DNA of 64,000 nt from Chryseobacterium gleum. Lineage in GTDB: Bacteria > Bacteroidota > Bacteroidia > UBA10329. The stretch is from NCBI GenBank assembly GCA_945903645.1, contig CAMDOM010000005.1, forward strand, positions 30,493 to 94,492, written 5' to 3'. The notes under the pieces were generated by a model. The model was given only the letters and a program-made list of their open reading frames with translations. It had not been told where the DNA came from and made no database searches. Of this stretch, positions 35,901-45,598 are shown piece by piece (position 1 is the first letter of the stretch; every line of letters begins with the position of its first letter). The position numbers were made by a program, and so were the translations under genes.

Positions 35901-38900
35901 CTACCGAATTACGGTTACAGTTCCAGCTTGGTGAACGCCTCCATTGTTTTCTTGACCTCCCCACACTTCCCCGTTTCCGAACATGCCATCTATTTTCCAT
36001 ACGTAGGCACCCTGCGGTACGGGCTTACCTGCATAGCGACCATCCCATCCTTCTCCAGGTTGTCCATTATCCAATAGGCTAGATTCCCAAATCTTGTTGC
36101 CCCATTCATCAAAAATCATACATCGATAGGAGCTAAGTCCACGGCCTTTGGGCAGAAAGATACTCACTTGTGGGTCTGGGTCGCCTACAATAAGAGCATT
36201 AGGAACAAAGAGTGTTCCCGCAAATTCAACAGGAATGTAGCGGCTTATTGTATCCACACAACCGTTTACATCAACTATGGCCAAGGTTACGAACTTGTTG
36301 CCATATAAGTCGTATTGATGCGTAGCAGGCGAGTTAACAGAGGTCCCGCCATCGCCAAAATCCCACCAGTTTCCAACATAAGAAGGGGTTGATGTGTTGA
36401 AGAAAGCTACCGTTCCGTCCGAAATGGGCTCGGTTACTGGTTCATATTCAAAGTCGGCCACAGGATTGTTCCATACAGTAATAATGTTCGAAGCAAGAAG
36501 TGTATCTGCACAGCCGCCCAATCCTTCTGCAATTAGTGTTACCGAGTAGATTCCACCATCTTCAAAAATGTGAATAGGGTCTCGATTTGAAGAACCATCC
36601 GCATCTTGAAAATCCCAAATATAGCTCGAAGAATTGACGGAGCTATTTGTAAAATTTACAGTCCATTGCTGACATCCAGTGGGATTCGACCACGTGAAAT
36701 TCGCGTTAACAGTTGGGAAAACTTCAAATAGCTGCGTGGAAGTATCTACACATCCATACACATTAGTCACGATAAGTTGACCTGTGTATTGACCAATGGT
36801 ATCGTAAGCGGTAGATGTATTTGCAGTTGTGGCGCTATCCCCATTTCCAAATATCCATTGCCAAGCAACCGCACCAATGGATTGATCGGTAAACGAAACC
36901 GCAGCGGGCACAAAACACGATTGCGCGGCCGACATGGTATAATTGCTTATAGGATTGGGCAGAACGTTTACTGGTCCAGCTGCCGAGGTACCGCAACCGT
37001 TAGAACTAGTCACGGTAAGTGAGAATACATAGGTTTGCGCAGTAGAGTAGAGGTAAGTAGTGTTTTGGTTGTTGTTGGTCGCACCATCACCAAAGGCCCA
37101 TTCCCACGCTACTATACTTCCCGAACTAATACTGGAAGAATCGGTAAATACTACTTCTTCGCCAAAGCAAACATCAGTTACACTGTAGGCAGCATCGGGC
37201 AAAGGAAATACTGTAGCAGTGCGGGTTATGGTATCGGTACAACCACCAGCGGCTGTTACTACCAATTCAACAGTATAAACTGAATCTAAAGAGTAAACTA
37301 AGTTTGGATTTTGCTGTACAGAAGTAGCACCATTGCCCAATGTCCATTGCCATGTAATTATTGTTCCATTCACGGAGGACAGATCGATAAATGACGTAGG
37401 TTGAAATAAGCAAGTATCGTTGGCTGTAAAGTTTGCCGTGGGCACGGGGTTAACCACAACCACAGCCAATGCGGTATCGGTGCAACCAGAGCCACTTTCC
37501 ACCACAAGGGAAATATCGTATGTCCCTGAGTTGGTATATAAAAATGATGGATTGGTGTCTGTGCTCAACACTTCGTCCAAGTTCCAGTTCCAGCTCACAA
37601 TACTGTCTGGCCCAAGCATGGTTGAGCTACTCAAAAATGCTGAAGTATCTCCAAAACAGACATCAGCAGTGGTAAAGTTTGCTTGTGGTGCAGGGTTTAC
37701 AACTACCACTACGGTATCCGTGTTTTGGCAGGCCAGCAATTGCACTGTAACAATATATGTTGTGGTAACGGTTGGGCTAACTAATGGATTTTGGGCATTG
37801 GGGTCTGAGAGTCCAACTGGAGGAAACCAACTGTAGGTATCGCCACCAGTTGCCACCAGTTGAGCTGATTCGTTTTCACAAATGGTGAAATCTTGTCCAG
37901 CATTTACGTTTAATGGAGCAACTTGAAGTGTATCAACAGATTGATATGTGAATGAACACCCGTTGTCATCCTCTATAATGAGAGTTGGAATGTATGCTCC
38001 AAGTTGGGTATAAATGTGTGTAGCAGAAGATCCATTGCCCAAAGATCCATCTCCAAAATCCCAGGTGTAAATAGTAGCATTGGTAGTGTTAGAAATATAG
38101 GTTATCTCATACGGTGGGCAACCTATTGTATCAGGGAAAAATGTGAAATCACCAGAAGGACCCGATAGTTGAATTAAGTCGGGCATCACTAAGGTGTCTT
38201 TGCAGCCATTGAGGTTAGTTACAATGAGACGTACCGTGTAAATTCCAGATTGTGTATAGATATGAGATGGATTCTGAATCGTAGAGGTGCTGCCATTACC
38301 AAACTCCCAAAGCCAAGAAACTGCGTCAGTACTAGCATCTGTAAATGCCACAAGCAATGGAGGGCAGAAAGCAAATGTTGGGAAAGCAGTAAAATTCGCG
38401 GATGGATATGCAATGTCAATCAACCCAAATTGCGTAAGTGTGCTATCACAACCGCTACTATTAGTGGCAGTAAGTGAAACAGTATACGTTCCTAGTGCGC
38501 TGTAGCTATGTGTCGGATTAGTGTTTGTGGAGGTGGTTCCATCTCCAAAATCCCACAAATAGCTGACGGCATTAGAGGAGGATAGATTTGTGAATTGGAA
38601 AACTTCACCAATGCATCCCGAAGTTTCAGCTACGGAAAAATCAGGAGTTGGGTAATCATTAAACCGTACAATAGAGTCCAAAGTGATACTGCGAACACAG
38701 CCTTGATTGCTGGTAGCTGTTAATGTAACATCATAGTTTCCTTGAGTAGTATAGATGTGATTTGGATTTGGGTTAGTTGATGTGTTCCCATCACCAAAAT
38801 CCCAAAGCCATGAAACTATCGCACCAGTTGGGGTCGACAAATCGTTAAATTCTACTGTGAGTGCGTCACAACCATAAGCCGTATCTATTTCAAAATTGGG

Positions 38901-41222
38901 ATTAACGCCATTAGTGGTAATTAGATTAGGCATAATTAACGTATCGCGACATCCGTTGATATCTGTAACAATTAATCGAACGGTGTATGTACCGATATTG
39001 TTAAAAGTTCGAGTAGGATTTTGCGAGGTTGAGTTTGAGGCACCACCACCAAAGTTCCATTGCCATGACACAGCATCAATAGATGTGTTTGTGAAACTTA
39101 CTGCCAATGGGACGCAACCTGTAGTAACGGATGGGGTGAAATCTGCAACTGGGTCGGTTACATAAATAGTATCGCTGTCACGATCCGTACAACCGAATGT
39201 TGTATTGGTAACCGTCAAATCGACATAATATGTGCCGGGCCCAGGATAAACGTATGTAAGAAGAGCATCTGTAGTATTCAGTGTACCATCACCAAAATTC
39301 CATTCAAACGTATCGTCACCAATCGAGCCATTTGAAAAGGTAAATGAATTTGGAGTGTTGCAGTTAAAACTAATCTGGTTTATTGCAATTGGTGGATTCA
39401 CATAAATCATGTTGTTGGCCACTACAGTGTCAGCACATCCATTGTTCAAGGCAATGAGCGTAACGGTAAAAAAGCCAGTGTCTTGGTAAATATGACTCGG
39501 ATTTTGTTCTACATCAGAGGCCATATCCCCAAAGTCCCAATACCAATCAGTTGCACCAGTCGAAAGATTGACAAAGTCAAACTCTCCAGGACAGATGACC
39601 ACTGGCGTTTGCACAAAATTGGCTATGGGAGGTGTTGATACTATTATGTAACCCGTTCGAACAACGGTATTGGAACATCCTAAATTGTTGGTTATAGTCA
39701 AAGAAACATCGTAGTTTCCAGTATTTACATAAGTATGAGATGGGTTTGCAAGCGTTGAAGTGCTGCCATCGCCAAAATCCCAGGCATACGATACTATTGG
39801 AGTAGCAGAGACGCTTAAATCCGAAAAATTTACCTCCAACGGAACACAAAATCCAAAAACATCAGGTAAAAAATCGGCTGTTACTGCCGTAATATTAATA
39901 TCGGTGCTATCGGTTATGCTGCATCCCTGAGTATTGGTTGCAGTAAGGCTTGCAGTGAAAATTCCGTTACTTAAATACGTGTGCAATGGGTTTGTTTGGG
40001 TGGAAGTGTTCCCATCCCCAAAATCCCAGAAATAGGTTAGACCTGCCCCTACTGAATTATTATCGAAATTAACGGGAAATGGCGTTATACACCCAGCTGT
40101 TTGGTCAGGAACGAAATCAACAAAAGGAATTCCACCAATGGTTATATAACTGGTTTTCAATTCTGTGCCTTGGCACGAACCAGCATAAAAGGCAAATAGA
40201 GAAACGGTATAATTGCCGGGCGCTGTGTACAAATGTGATGGATTTTGTTCTGTGGAAGTTGTCCCATCACCAAAGTCCCATTGCCATGTAGTAGGTTGAG
40301 GAGAACTTAAATCTGCAAAATCAATAGGAGTCCCTAGACATCCGTTTGTGCTCGTAGTAGAAAAATCAATATTTACATCTTCTACAACGGTAATGAAATC
40401 TGGATTAAGCAATATAGTGGTGCATCCAAGTTGGTCCGTAGCAGTTAGACTAACGTCAAATTCACCATCAATGGTATAATTATGTGATGGTGTGGCATTG
40501 GTTGAAGTGCCACCATCTCCAAAATTCCATAAATACGCAAGTGCTCCTGTACCACCAGCAGAAGTGTTGGTGAAGCTTACATTAACTGGAGTCAAACAAG
40601 CCACCTGAGGGTTGCCATCAAAAGCAACTATTGGGCGGTTATTATTTGAGTTAATGAACCCAGGAAAGGTTTGATTGCTAGCACACCCATTGGCATCAAC
40701 AAGCAAAAGGGTTACTCCAAATGTGCCAGAGGTAGTGTAAGAATACGTTGGATTTTGAGCGGTGGAAGTTCCTCCATCTCCAAAATCCCATGACCAAGAG
40801 GTAATTGGAGAATCGCCCAAAATTGAGTTGTCCGTGAAATTGACTGGAAATGGAAAACACCCTGTAGTTTGCACAGCAGAAATATCTGGGTTGGGTGGAG
40901 TAAAAACCGTGATAAATGCGGTTTTTACTTCTGTATCTGTTCCTCCTGGTCCAGATATAGTGAGTGTAACCGTGTAGATGCCTGGGTTTATATAACTGGC
41001 CGATGGGTTTTGGGTAGTCGAACTGTTGCCATTACCCAAATTCCATTGGTAGGTCAGACCTACTCCAACACTAGTATTCTGAAAATTGACAATTAACGGA
41101 CTACAACCAGAACTTACCGGAGCAGTAAAATCTGCAGTTACTTGAGAAAATGCACAGTCACCCCAAAGTAATCCAGTAAAAAGAAGTAGAGAAGCATATA
41201 AACGTGAAGTAGATATAGACAT
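35901..41222 (-). CDS. Giant cell-surface protein with about 19 PKD repeats and a T9SS type B (gliding-motility-associated) C-terminal sorting domain.
   Basis: The W(D/N)FGDG.TS motif recurs about every 85 aa, and I counted 19 copies. The C-terminus is FVPNALIVGDPDPQ...FLPKG...IFDEWGNKIW...GWDGRYAGKPVPQGAYVWKI. I prefer the Met at 41222, which gives the signal peptide MSISTSRLYASLLLFTGLLWGDCAFSQ. The track ORF extends to 41336. Confidence 0.85.
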   Translation of the reverse strand: MSISTSRLYASLLLFTGLLWGDCAFSQVTADFTAPVSSGCSPLIVNFQNTSVGVGLTYQWNLGNGNSSTTQNPSASYINPGIYTVTLTISGPGGTDTEVKTAFITVFTPPNPDISAVQTTGCFPFPVNFTDNSILGDSPITSWSWDFGDGGTSTAQNPTYSYTTSGTFGVTLLLVDANGCASNQTFPGFINSNNNRPIVAFDGNPQVACLTPVNVSFTNTSAGGTGALAYLWNFGDGGTSTNATPSHNYTIDGEFDVSLTATDQLGCTTILLNPDFITVVEDVNIDFSTTSTNGCLGTPIDFADLSSPQPTTWQWDFGDGTTSTEQNPSHLYTAPGNYTVSLFAFYAGSCQGTELKTSYITIGGIPFVDFVPDQTAGCITPFPVNFDNNSVGAGLTYFWDFGDGNTSTQTNPLHTYLSNGIFTASLTATNTQGCSITDSTDINITAVTADFLPDVFGFCVPLEVNFSDLSVSATPIVSYAWDFGDGSTSTLANPSHTYVNTGNYDVSLTITNNLGCSNTVVRTGYIIVSTPPIANFVQTPVVICPGEFDFVNLSTGATDWYWDFGDMASDVEQNPSHIYQDTGFFTVTLIALNNGCADTVVANNMIYVNPPIAINQISFNCNTPNSFTFSNGSIGDDTFEWNFGDGTLNTTDALLTYVYPGPGTYYVDLTVTNTTFGCTDRDSDTIYVTDPVADFTPSVTTGCVPLAVSFTNTSIDAVSWQWNFGGGASNSTSQNPTRTFNNIGTYTVRLIVTDINGCRDTLIMPNLITTNGVNPNFEIDTAYGCDALTVEFNDLSTPTGAIVSWLWDFGDGNTSTNPNPNHIYTTQGNYDVTLTATSNQGCVRSITLDSIVRFNDYPTPDFSVAETSGCIGEVFQFTNLSSSNAVSYLWDFGDGTTSTNTNPTHSYSALGTYTVSLTATNSSGCDSTLTQFGLIDIAYPSANFTAFPTFAFCPPLLVAFTDASTDAVSWLWEFGNGSTSTIQNPSHIYTQSGIYTVRLIVTNLNGCKDTLVMPDLIQLSGPSGDFTFFPDTIGCPPYEITYISNTTNATIYTWDFGDGSLGNGSSATHIYTQLGAYIPTLIIEDDNGCSFTYQSVDTLQVAPLNVNAGQDFTICENESAQLVATGGDTYSWFPPVGLSDPNAQNPLVSPTVTTTYIVTVQLLACQNTDTVVVVVNPAPQANFTTADVCFGDTSAFLSSSTMLGPDSIVSWNWNLDEVLSTDTNPSFLYTNSGTYDISLVVESGSGCTDTALAVVVVNPVPTANFTANDTCLFQPTSFIDLSSVNGTIITWQWTLGNGATSVQQNPNLVYSLDSVYTVELVVTAAGGCTDTITRTATVFPLPDAAYSVTDVCFGEEVVFTDSSSISSGSIVAWEWAFGDGATNNNQNTTYLYSTAQTYVFSLTVTSSNGCGTSAAGPVNVLPNPISNYTMSAAQSCFVPAAVSFTDQSIGAVAWQWIFGNGDSATTANTSTAYDTIGQYTGQLIVTNVYGCVDTSTQLFEVFPTVNANFTWSNPTGCQQWTVNFTNSSVNSSSYIWDFQDADGSSNRDPIHIFEDGGIYSVTLIAEGLGGCADTLLASNIITVWNNPVADFEYEPVTEPISDGTVAFFNTSTPSYVGNWWDFGDGGTSVNSPATHQYDLYGNKFVTLAIVDVNGCVDTISRYIPVEFAGTLFVPNALIVGDPDPQVSIFLPKGRGLSSYRCMIFDEWGNKIWESSLLDNGQPGEGWDGRYAGKPVPQGAYVWKIDGMFGNGEVWGGQENNGGVHQAGTVTVIR

Positions 41223-41336
41223 ATGTAATGGATACAGCGGCTTCGTACGAACAGCTAAGTATAAAGTTCCTAAGCGGGCAAAGAAAAAAACTTTGAGTAA
41301 CGCTACCATTGTGATTCCTACATTTGGAGGGTTCAA

Positions 41337-41939
41337 ATGATGAAAACACGCATTTTAGTCATCTGTTTTATTGGCATATGCACAGCAACCCTGTGCAATG
41401 CGCAATTGGTTGATGGCATTATTGGAGTTAAACGCACGAAAGTTCAGCAGTTGCTGCGTCCTTACCATATTTTAGACTACCAGCAAGAAAGAGTTGTGTA
41501 TTCGTTTGATAAAGGAGTTCGTCAAACAGTAATATATGAGAACGATACGTGCTTTACTTTCTTTTGGGCCGTGGATAAAAACCATTTGCCCACTTTTTTT
41601 GGGCAACTCCAAAAATCTGGCTACTCTATGCGAGGGGATACCTCGTTTGTAAAAGGTGATATTCTCCTAGAAAAACGCATGTTAGATTCGGGTAAGGCAA
41701 TTTTATTTTACGCTGTTCAAGATTATGCAAAGGCCATTATTGCTAACAATCGTAATTCCGGAAACGAATCGGACTCAGGAAAGAAAGTAAGAGGGCCCGT
41801 TTTACTTGAATTGCCACGAATGCAACAGGCCATTTTAGCCGAAAAGATGGATACAGTTCCAAAAACTAAAAACCCGATTCGAAATTGGGTAGGAGCGGAG
41901 GAAAAGGCTGTAAGTATTTTGGGTTGGATAAAGGAATAA
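41337..41939 (+). CDS. Hypothetical secreted protein.
   Basis: 200 aa with the signal peptide MMKTRILVICFIGICTATLCNAQ. I recognise no motif. Confidence 0.5.
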   Translation: MMKTRILVICFIGICTATLCNAQLVDGIIGVKRTKVQQLLRPYHILDYQQERVVYSFDKGVRQTVIYENDTCFTFFWAVDKNHLPTFFGQLQKSGYSMRGDTSFVKGDILLEKRMLDSGKAILFYAVQDYAKAIIANNRNSGNESDSGKKVRGPVLLELPRMQQAILAEKMDTVPKTKNPIRNWVGAEEKAVSILGWIKE

Positions 41940-42027
41940 TTGGAGGCTAGTCTTGTCTTTCAGTTTGGACATAGTTTTATACTAAGGAGGCAACAGTAAT
42001 CTCAAATTTTTGCAGAAATACAGCGCT

Positions 42028-43197
42028 ATGCGAAAGAAAATAATGCTTTTGGGAAGTGGCGAATTAGGCAAAGAACTGGTAATCGCACTTCAAAGATTGG
42101 GGCAGTATGTAATTGCAGTAGACAGTTATACCGATGCGCCAGCCATGCAAGTGGCACACGAACATGAGGTTATAAATATGCTTGATGGCGATTTGTTGGA
42201 TAAAATAGTCGCCAAACATGCTCCAGATTTAATTGTGCCAGAAATAGAGGCCATTCGGACCGAACGGTTTTATGCCTACGAATTATTGGGTATTCAGGTG
42301 GTGCCTAGTGCCAAAGCGGCCAATTTTACCATGAATCGCAAGGCAATCCGCGATTCGGCAGCGAAAGAACTCGGGTTGCGGACGGCCAATTATCGCTATG
42401 CATCTTCCGCTCTAGAATTGCAGGAAGCTGTATCCGCGGTGGGATTGCCTTGCGTGGTGAAACCATTGATGTCTTCATCTGGCAAGGGGCAATCTGTAAT
42501 TCGAGGGCTAAATGATGTCCAAACAGCTTGGGAATATGCCAATGCTGGTTCACGCGGTGACATTGTGGAGGTTATTGTGGAAGAATTTGTGAAGTTCGAT
42601 TCTGAAATCACATTGCTTACAGTTACCCAGAAAAATGGGCCAACATTGTTTTGTCCTCCAATCGGCCATCGTCAAGAGCGAGGCGATTACATGGAAAGTT
42701 GGCAGCCAGCATCCATTGCCCCAAAGCAATTGGAAGAAGCTCAAAATATGGCTGCTAAGGTGACTGCTGCACTTGGAGGTGCTGGACTCTGGGGAGTTGA
42801 ATTTTTCTTGACTTCTGATGGAGTGTATTTCTCCGAACTTTCGCCTCGTCCGCATGATACGGGTATGGTAACATTGGCCGGTTCACAAAATTTCTCAGAG
42901 TTTGAGTTGCATGCTCGGGCAATTCTTGGCCTTTCGATTCCTGAAATTACCTTAGAGCGTGTTGCTGCTAGTGCGGTGGTTCTTGCCACAGACGAAAATG
43001 CTGCACATCCTACTTATATTGGTTTGGAGGCAGCTGCGGCAATTCCAAAAACAGATTTCCGCATTTTTGGCAAACCTACTACACGCAAGCACCGCAGAAT
43101 GGCGGTTGGATTGGCCTATGATGCCGTAGGAACAGATACCAGTAAAGTGCGCAAAACGGCACTAGACGTGGCAAATTGCATTAAGGTTAATCCTTAG
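42028..43197 (+). CDS. purT: Formate-dependent phosphoribosylglycinamide formyltransferase (GAR transformylase 2).
   Basis: I prefer the ATG at 42028. [12 protein letters not shown] is followed by an ATP-grasp core ([27 protein letters not shown]). The product is ~389 aa. Confidence 0.88.
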   Translation: MRKKIMLLGSGELGKELVIALQRLGQYVIAVDSYTDAPAMQVAHEHEVINMLDGDLLDKIVAKHAPDLIVPEIEAIRTERFYAYELLGIQVVPSAKAANFTMNRKAIRDSAAKELGLRTANYRYASSALELQEAVSAVGLPCVVKPLMSSSGKGQSVIRGLNDVQTAWEYANAGSRGDIVEVIVEEFVKFDSEITLLTVTQKNGPTLFCPPIGHRQERGDYMESWQPASIAPKQLEEAQNMAAKVTAALGGAGLWGVEFFLTSDGVYFSELSPRPHDTGMVTLAGSQNFSEFELHARAILGLSIPEITLERVAASAVVLATDENAAHPTYIGLEAAAAIPKTDFRIFGKPTTRKHRRMAVGLAYDAVGTDTSKVRKTALDVANCIKVNP

Positions 43198-43883
43198 GGT
43201 ATTCGCAGGCGAAAGCCTACACCATGTATGTTTTCAATCACTATTCTAGCATCCTCTTTGAGGTATTTACGCAACCGTGAAATAAAAACATCTAGGCTTC
43301 GGCCCATGAAATAGTCGTTTTGGCCCCACACACTTTCTAGAATCAATTCTCGTGTTACGGTTTCGCCCATGTGGCGGCAGAGGAGCAATAGAATATCCGA
43401 TTCCTTTTGTGTAAGGTTCTTTTTGGTGGGTCCGGAGAGCAGTAAGTTCGTGTAATTGAACGTGTAATCGCCAATGGTAAATGTTGTAATCACCTCTTTG
43501 GGCGCAGCAGTGTAGCAGCGTTGAAGTATGACACTTAAACGCAGAAGAAATTCCTGATTACTAAAGGGTTTTGTGATATAATCATCTGCACCATTTTGAA
43601 ATCCTCGAATTCGGTCATCTTCCATTCCGCGAGCGGTTAGAAAAACTACTGGAACAGCAGGCTGCAATTGCTTCATATCGGCCACCAAAGCATAACCATC
43701 TTTTTTGGGAAGCATCACGTCCACCACGCATAAATGAGGCACAAAACTGTTGAAATCTTTTAGCGCCACTTCCCCATCTTTGCTCCAAAGAATGGAATAG
43801 CCCGCCATTTCGAGCAAATCGCTAACTACAAATCCGAGATTTTCATCGTCCTCTACCAGAAGAATTCTAAATGATGTAGGCAT
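43194..43883 (-). CDS. OmpR-family response regulator (receiver domain plus winged helix).
   Basis: [11 protein letters not shown] and the phospho-acceptor context [12 protein letters not shown] are followed by a C-terminal winged helix ([15 protein letters not shown]...VWG...[13 protein letters not shown]). No histidine kinase gene is adjacent. Confidence 0.85.
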   Translation of the reverse strand: MPTSFRILLVEDDENLGFVVSDLLEMAGYSILWSKDGEVALKDFNSFVPHLCVVDVMLPKKDGYALVADMKQLQPAVPVVFLTARGMEDDRIRGFQNGADDYITKPFSNQEFLLRLSVILQRCYTAAPKEVITTFTIGDYTFNYTNLLLSGPTKKNLTQKESDILLLLCRHMGETVTRELILESVWGQNDYFMGRSLDVFISRLRKYLKEDARIVIENIHGVGFRLRIP

Positions 43884-43947
43884 GAATAATCGTGCTTGTA
43901 TTATTGTATTCTGGACACAAACCTAATGAACCCAAAGCACTAAATTG

Positions 43948-44634
43948 TTACTGAATTTTAAACCGAATCGGAATCACAAAGGGAACATTCACAGGTCTTC
44001 CTGCTTGGTAACCGGGCACAAAACAGTTTAGCAATTTCACAACCCGAAGTGCTTCTGCGTCAAGATTGCGGTCTACACCGCGGGCAATTTTCACATCGCC
44101 AATGGATCCATCGCTTTTCACCACAAAACTCACATAGACCACTCCTGAAATACCATTGTCTAAACAAATTTGTGGGTAGCGCACATTTTCATGAATTTTC
44201 CACAGAAGCGCTTGTTCTCCCCCGAAATAGGAGGGCAACACTTCTGGATTTTTTACAAACGAAGGCACATAATCAGGGTCTTCTTCCTCGGGTTCTTCTA
44301 TGTTTTTGTCAATAGAAGCCAGAATTGCCGTCTCTTCAGGAAAAACGGGCTCTTTGCTTATAGAATCCGGGTCGGGTACGTTTTTCGCAATTTCGAAGGT
44401 TGTCGAAATTGGTTTTGGTTGTGCAGGTCGCTCTACCTTAGCTTGAAGCGGGTCGAAGAGAACAGGAGGTAGCTCCAAAGTACCTTCATCAATGGAAATG
44501 TAGCGTTCAAAAGAAGGAGCAACATAAGGCGTTCTTCATTCGAATGAAATGAGCGTAAACGATACTGCAACAAGCAACCCAGCACTTAATAATACTGGTC
44601 TGCGATTTTCGAGCGATGGTCTTAGCGTTCTCAT
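43948..44634 (-). pseudogene. TonB-family protein interrupted by a single in-frame TGA (44536-44538).
   Basis: The ATG at 44634 encodes MRTLRPSLENRRPVLLSAGLLVAVSFTLISFE, then TGA. The same frame continues RTPYVAPSFERYISIDEGTLELPPV... into the track ORF 43948..44478, which carries the TonB C-terminal domain. The neighbouring paralogue has Trp at the aligned position (LLAFEW). Confidence 0.7.
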
Positions 44635-44739
44635 GGTTTTAGAATTTTAAGGTGAAGTAGCGTTTCGCCATGCATCGCAATTTGTACGCTAACGGAATTA
44701 GTTGAACTTTATTGTGAAAAGGTGAAAATATTTTTTCTC

Positions 44740-44776
44740 AAAAAAAAAGCTCGCCCCAAATGAATGGAACGAGCTC
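44740..44776 (-). terminator. Rho-independent terminator downstream of the intact TonB gene.
   Basis: On the minus strand, AGCTCG ... CGAGCT forms a hairpin (plus-strand coordinates 44748-44775) followed by a T9 run (the A run at 44740-44748 on the plus strand). Confidence 0.7.
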
Positions 44777-44796
44777 TATTTAACTAGAGTGATTTT

Positions 44797-45480
44797 TTAG
44801 TTCAACACAAATCGAATTGGAATGGTAAACTGCACTGGAACTGGCTTGCCACGCTGCTTACCAGGTTTGTAACCCTTCAAGGTTTTAACTACCCGCATCG
44901 CTTCTTTATCTAAGAAAGGATCCGCTCCTCGCACAACTTTCACATCCTTGATACCACCATCCTTATCTACCACATAGCTTACGTAAACCACACCTGTAAT
45001 GCCATTTTCCTTAGCAATTGGCGGGTAGGTAACGTTTTCAGCAATATACTTCAGAAGTGCGGCATCACCTCCTGGGAACGCAGGCATGTCCTCAACAATC
45101 GTGAAGAAATCAGGTTCGTTAGATTCTTCCTCTACCACTGGCTTAACCATTTCCTTAATCTCGGTCTTTTGGTCAGCCTCAACATCTTTGATGTCTACTT
45201 CGTCCTCAATTTCCACGTCATCGTCAACTATTTCGATTTCGGGAGCAGGTGGTGGCGGTGGCGGTGGCGGTGGTGGCGGTTTAATTTCCTGCTCAGTGAT
45301 AGGGATAATCTCTTCTTCGAGGTTGTCCACCATCAATGTGCCTAAGTCGCCAGCAGTTTGCTCAAATGTTTTCCATTCGAATGCTAGCAGAGTAACTGAC
45401 AGTGCTACAACGTAGCCTGCCATCATAAACAGCGAGCTTTTCTTCTCGATGTCGGCAATTGGGTTTTTCTTAATTTCCAT
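44797..45480 (-). CDS. Energy transducer TonB.
   Basis: An N-terminal TM anchor is followed by an 11-residue poly-Pro tract, an acidic linker and a TonB C-terminal domain (PAFPGGDAALLKYI...GITGVVYVSYVVDKDG...PVPVQFTIPIRF). Confidence 0.85.
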   Translation of the reverse strand: MEIKKNPIADIEKKSSLFMMAGYVVALSVTLLAFEWKTFEQTAGDLGTLMVDNLEEEIIPITEQEIKPPPPPPPPPPPAPEIEIVDDDVEIEDEVDIKDVEADQKTEIKEMVKPVVEEESNEPDFFTIVEDMPAFPGGDAALLKYIAENVTYPPIAKENGITGVVYVSYVVDKDGGIKDVKVVRGADPFLDKEAMRVVKTLKGYKPGKQRGKPVPVQFTIPIRFVLN

Positions 45481-45598
45481 ATTGGTTCGGATTTAAGGCG
45501 GGTAAAAGTAGTTGGGAATTCTGAATTAACGCAGTTGTTTTTCGAATTCTATTTGATAGATGCGTTTGAACAACAAATTCCACATCATCACATCAAAA

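Noticed and set aside
35775-35935. Two tiny plus-strand ORFs in the A+T-rich spacer (a 20-aa MMMKRPFIFNVTPIDTSAYY from 35775 and a ~25-aa MAEKIKKSLVSKRK... from 35857), plus a CTGCGT...ACGCAG hairpin at 35824-35850.
   Set aside because: There is no ribosome-binding context or conservation evidence. The second ORF overlaps the adhesin gene end. The hairpin has a 15-nt loop and no T tract, so I do not call it a terminator or an sRNA.
36777-41096. Plus-strand ORFs of 68-138 aa inside the PKD adhesin gene (for example 37420..37836 and 38896..39165).
   Set aside because: They lie fully inside a continuous ~1770-codon minus-strand gene with strong repeat motifs and have no recognisable features. 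These are shadow ORFs.
44536-44538. The in-frame TGA in the TonB paralogue read as selenocysteine or as a reassigned Trp codon.
   Set aside because: TGA serves as the ordinary stop of neighbouring genes, for example actA at 1008-1010 and the aminotransferase at 31854-31856. I see no obvious stem-loop immediately downstream, and TonB proteins are not selenoproteins. A nonsense mutation or sequencing error is the simpler explanation.
45086-45415. A plus-strand 109-aa Gly/Ser-rich ORF.
   Set aside because: It is antisense to the TonB poly-Pro and acidic linker, and is an artefact of the repeat.
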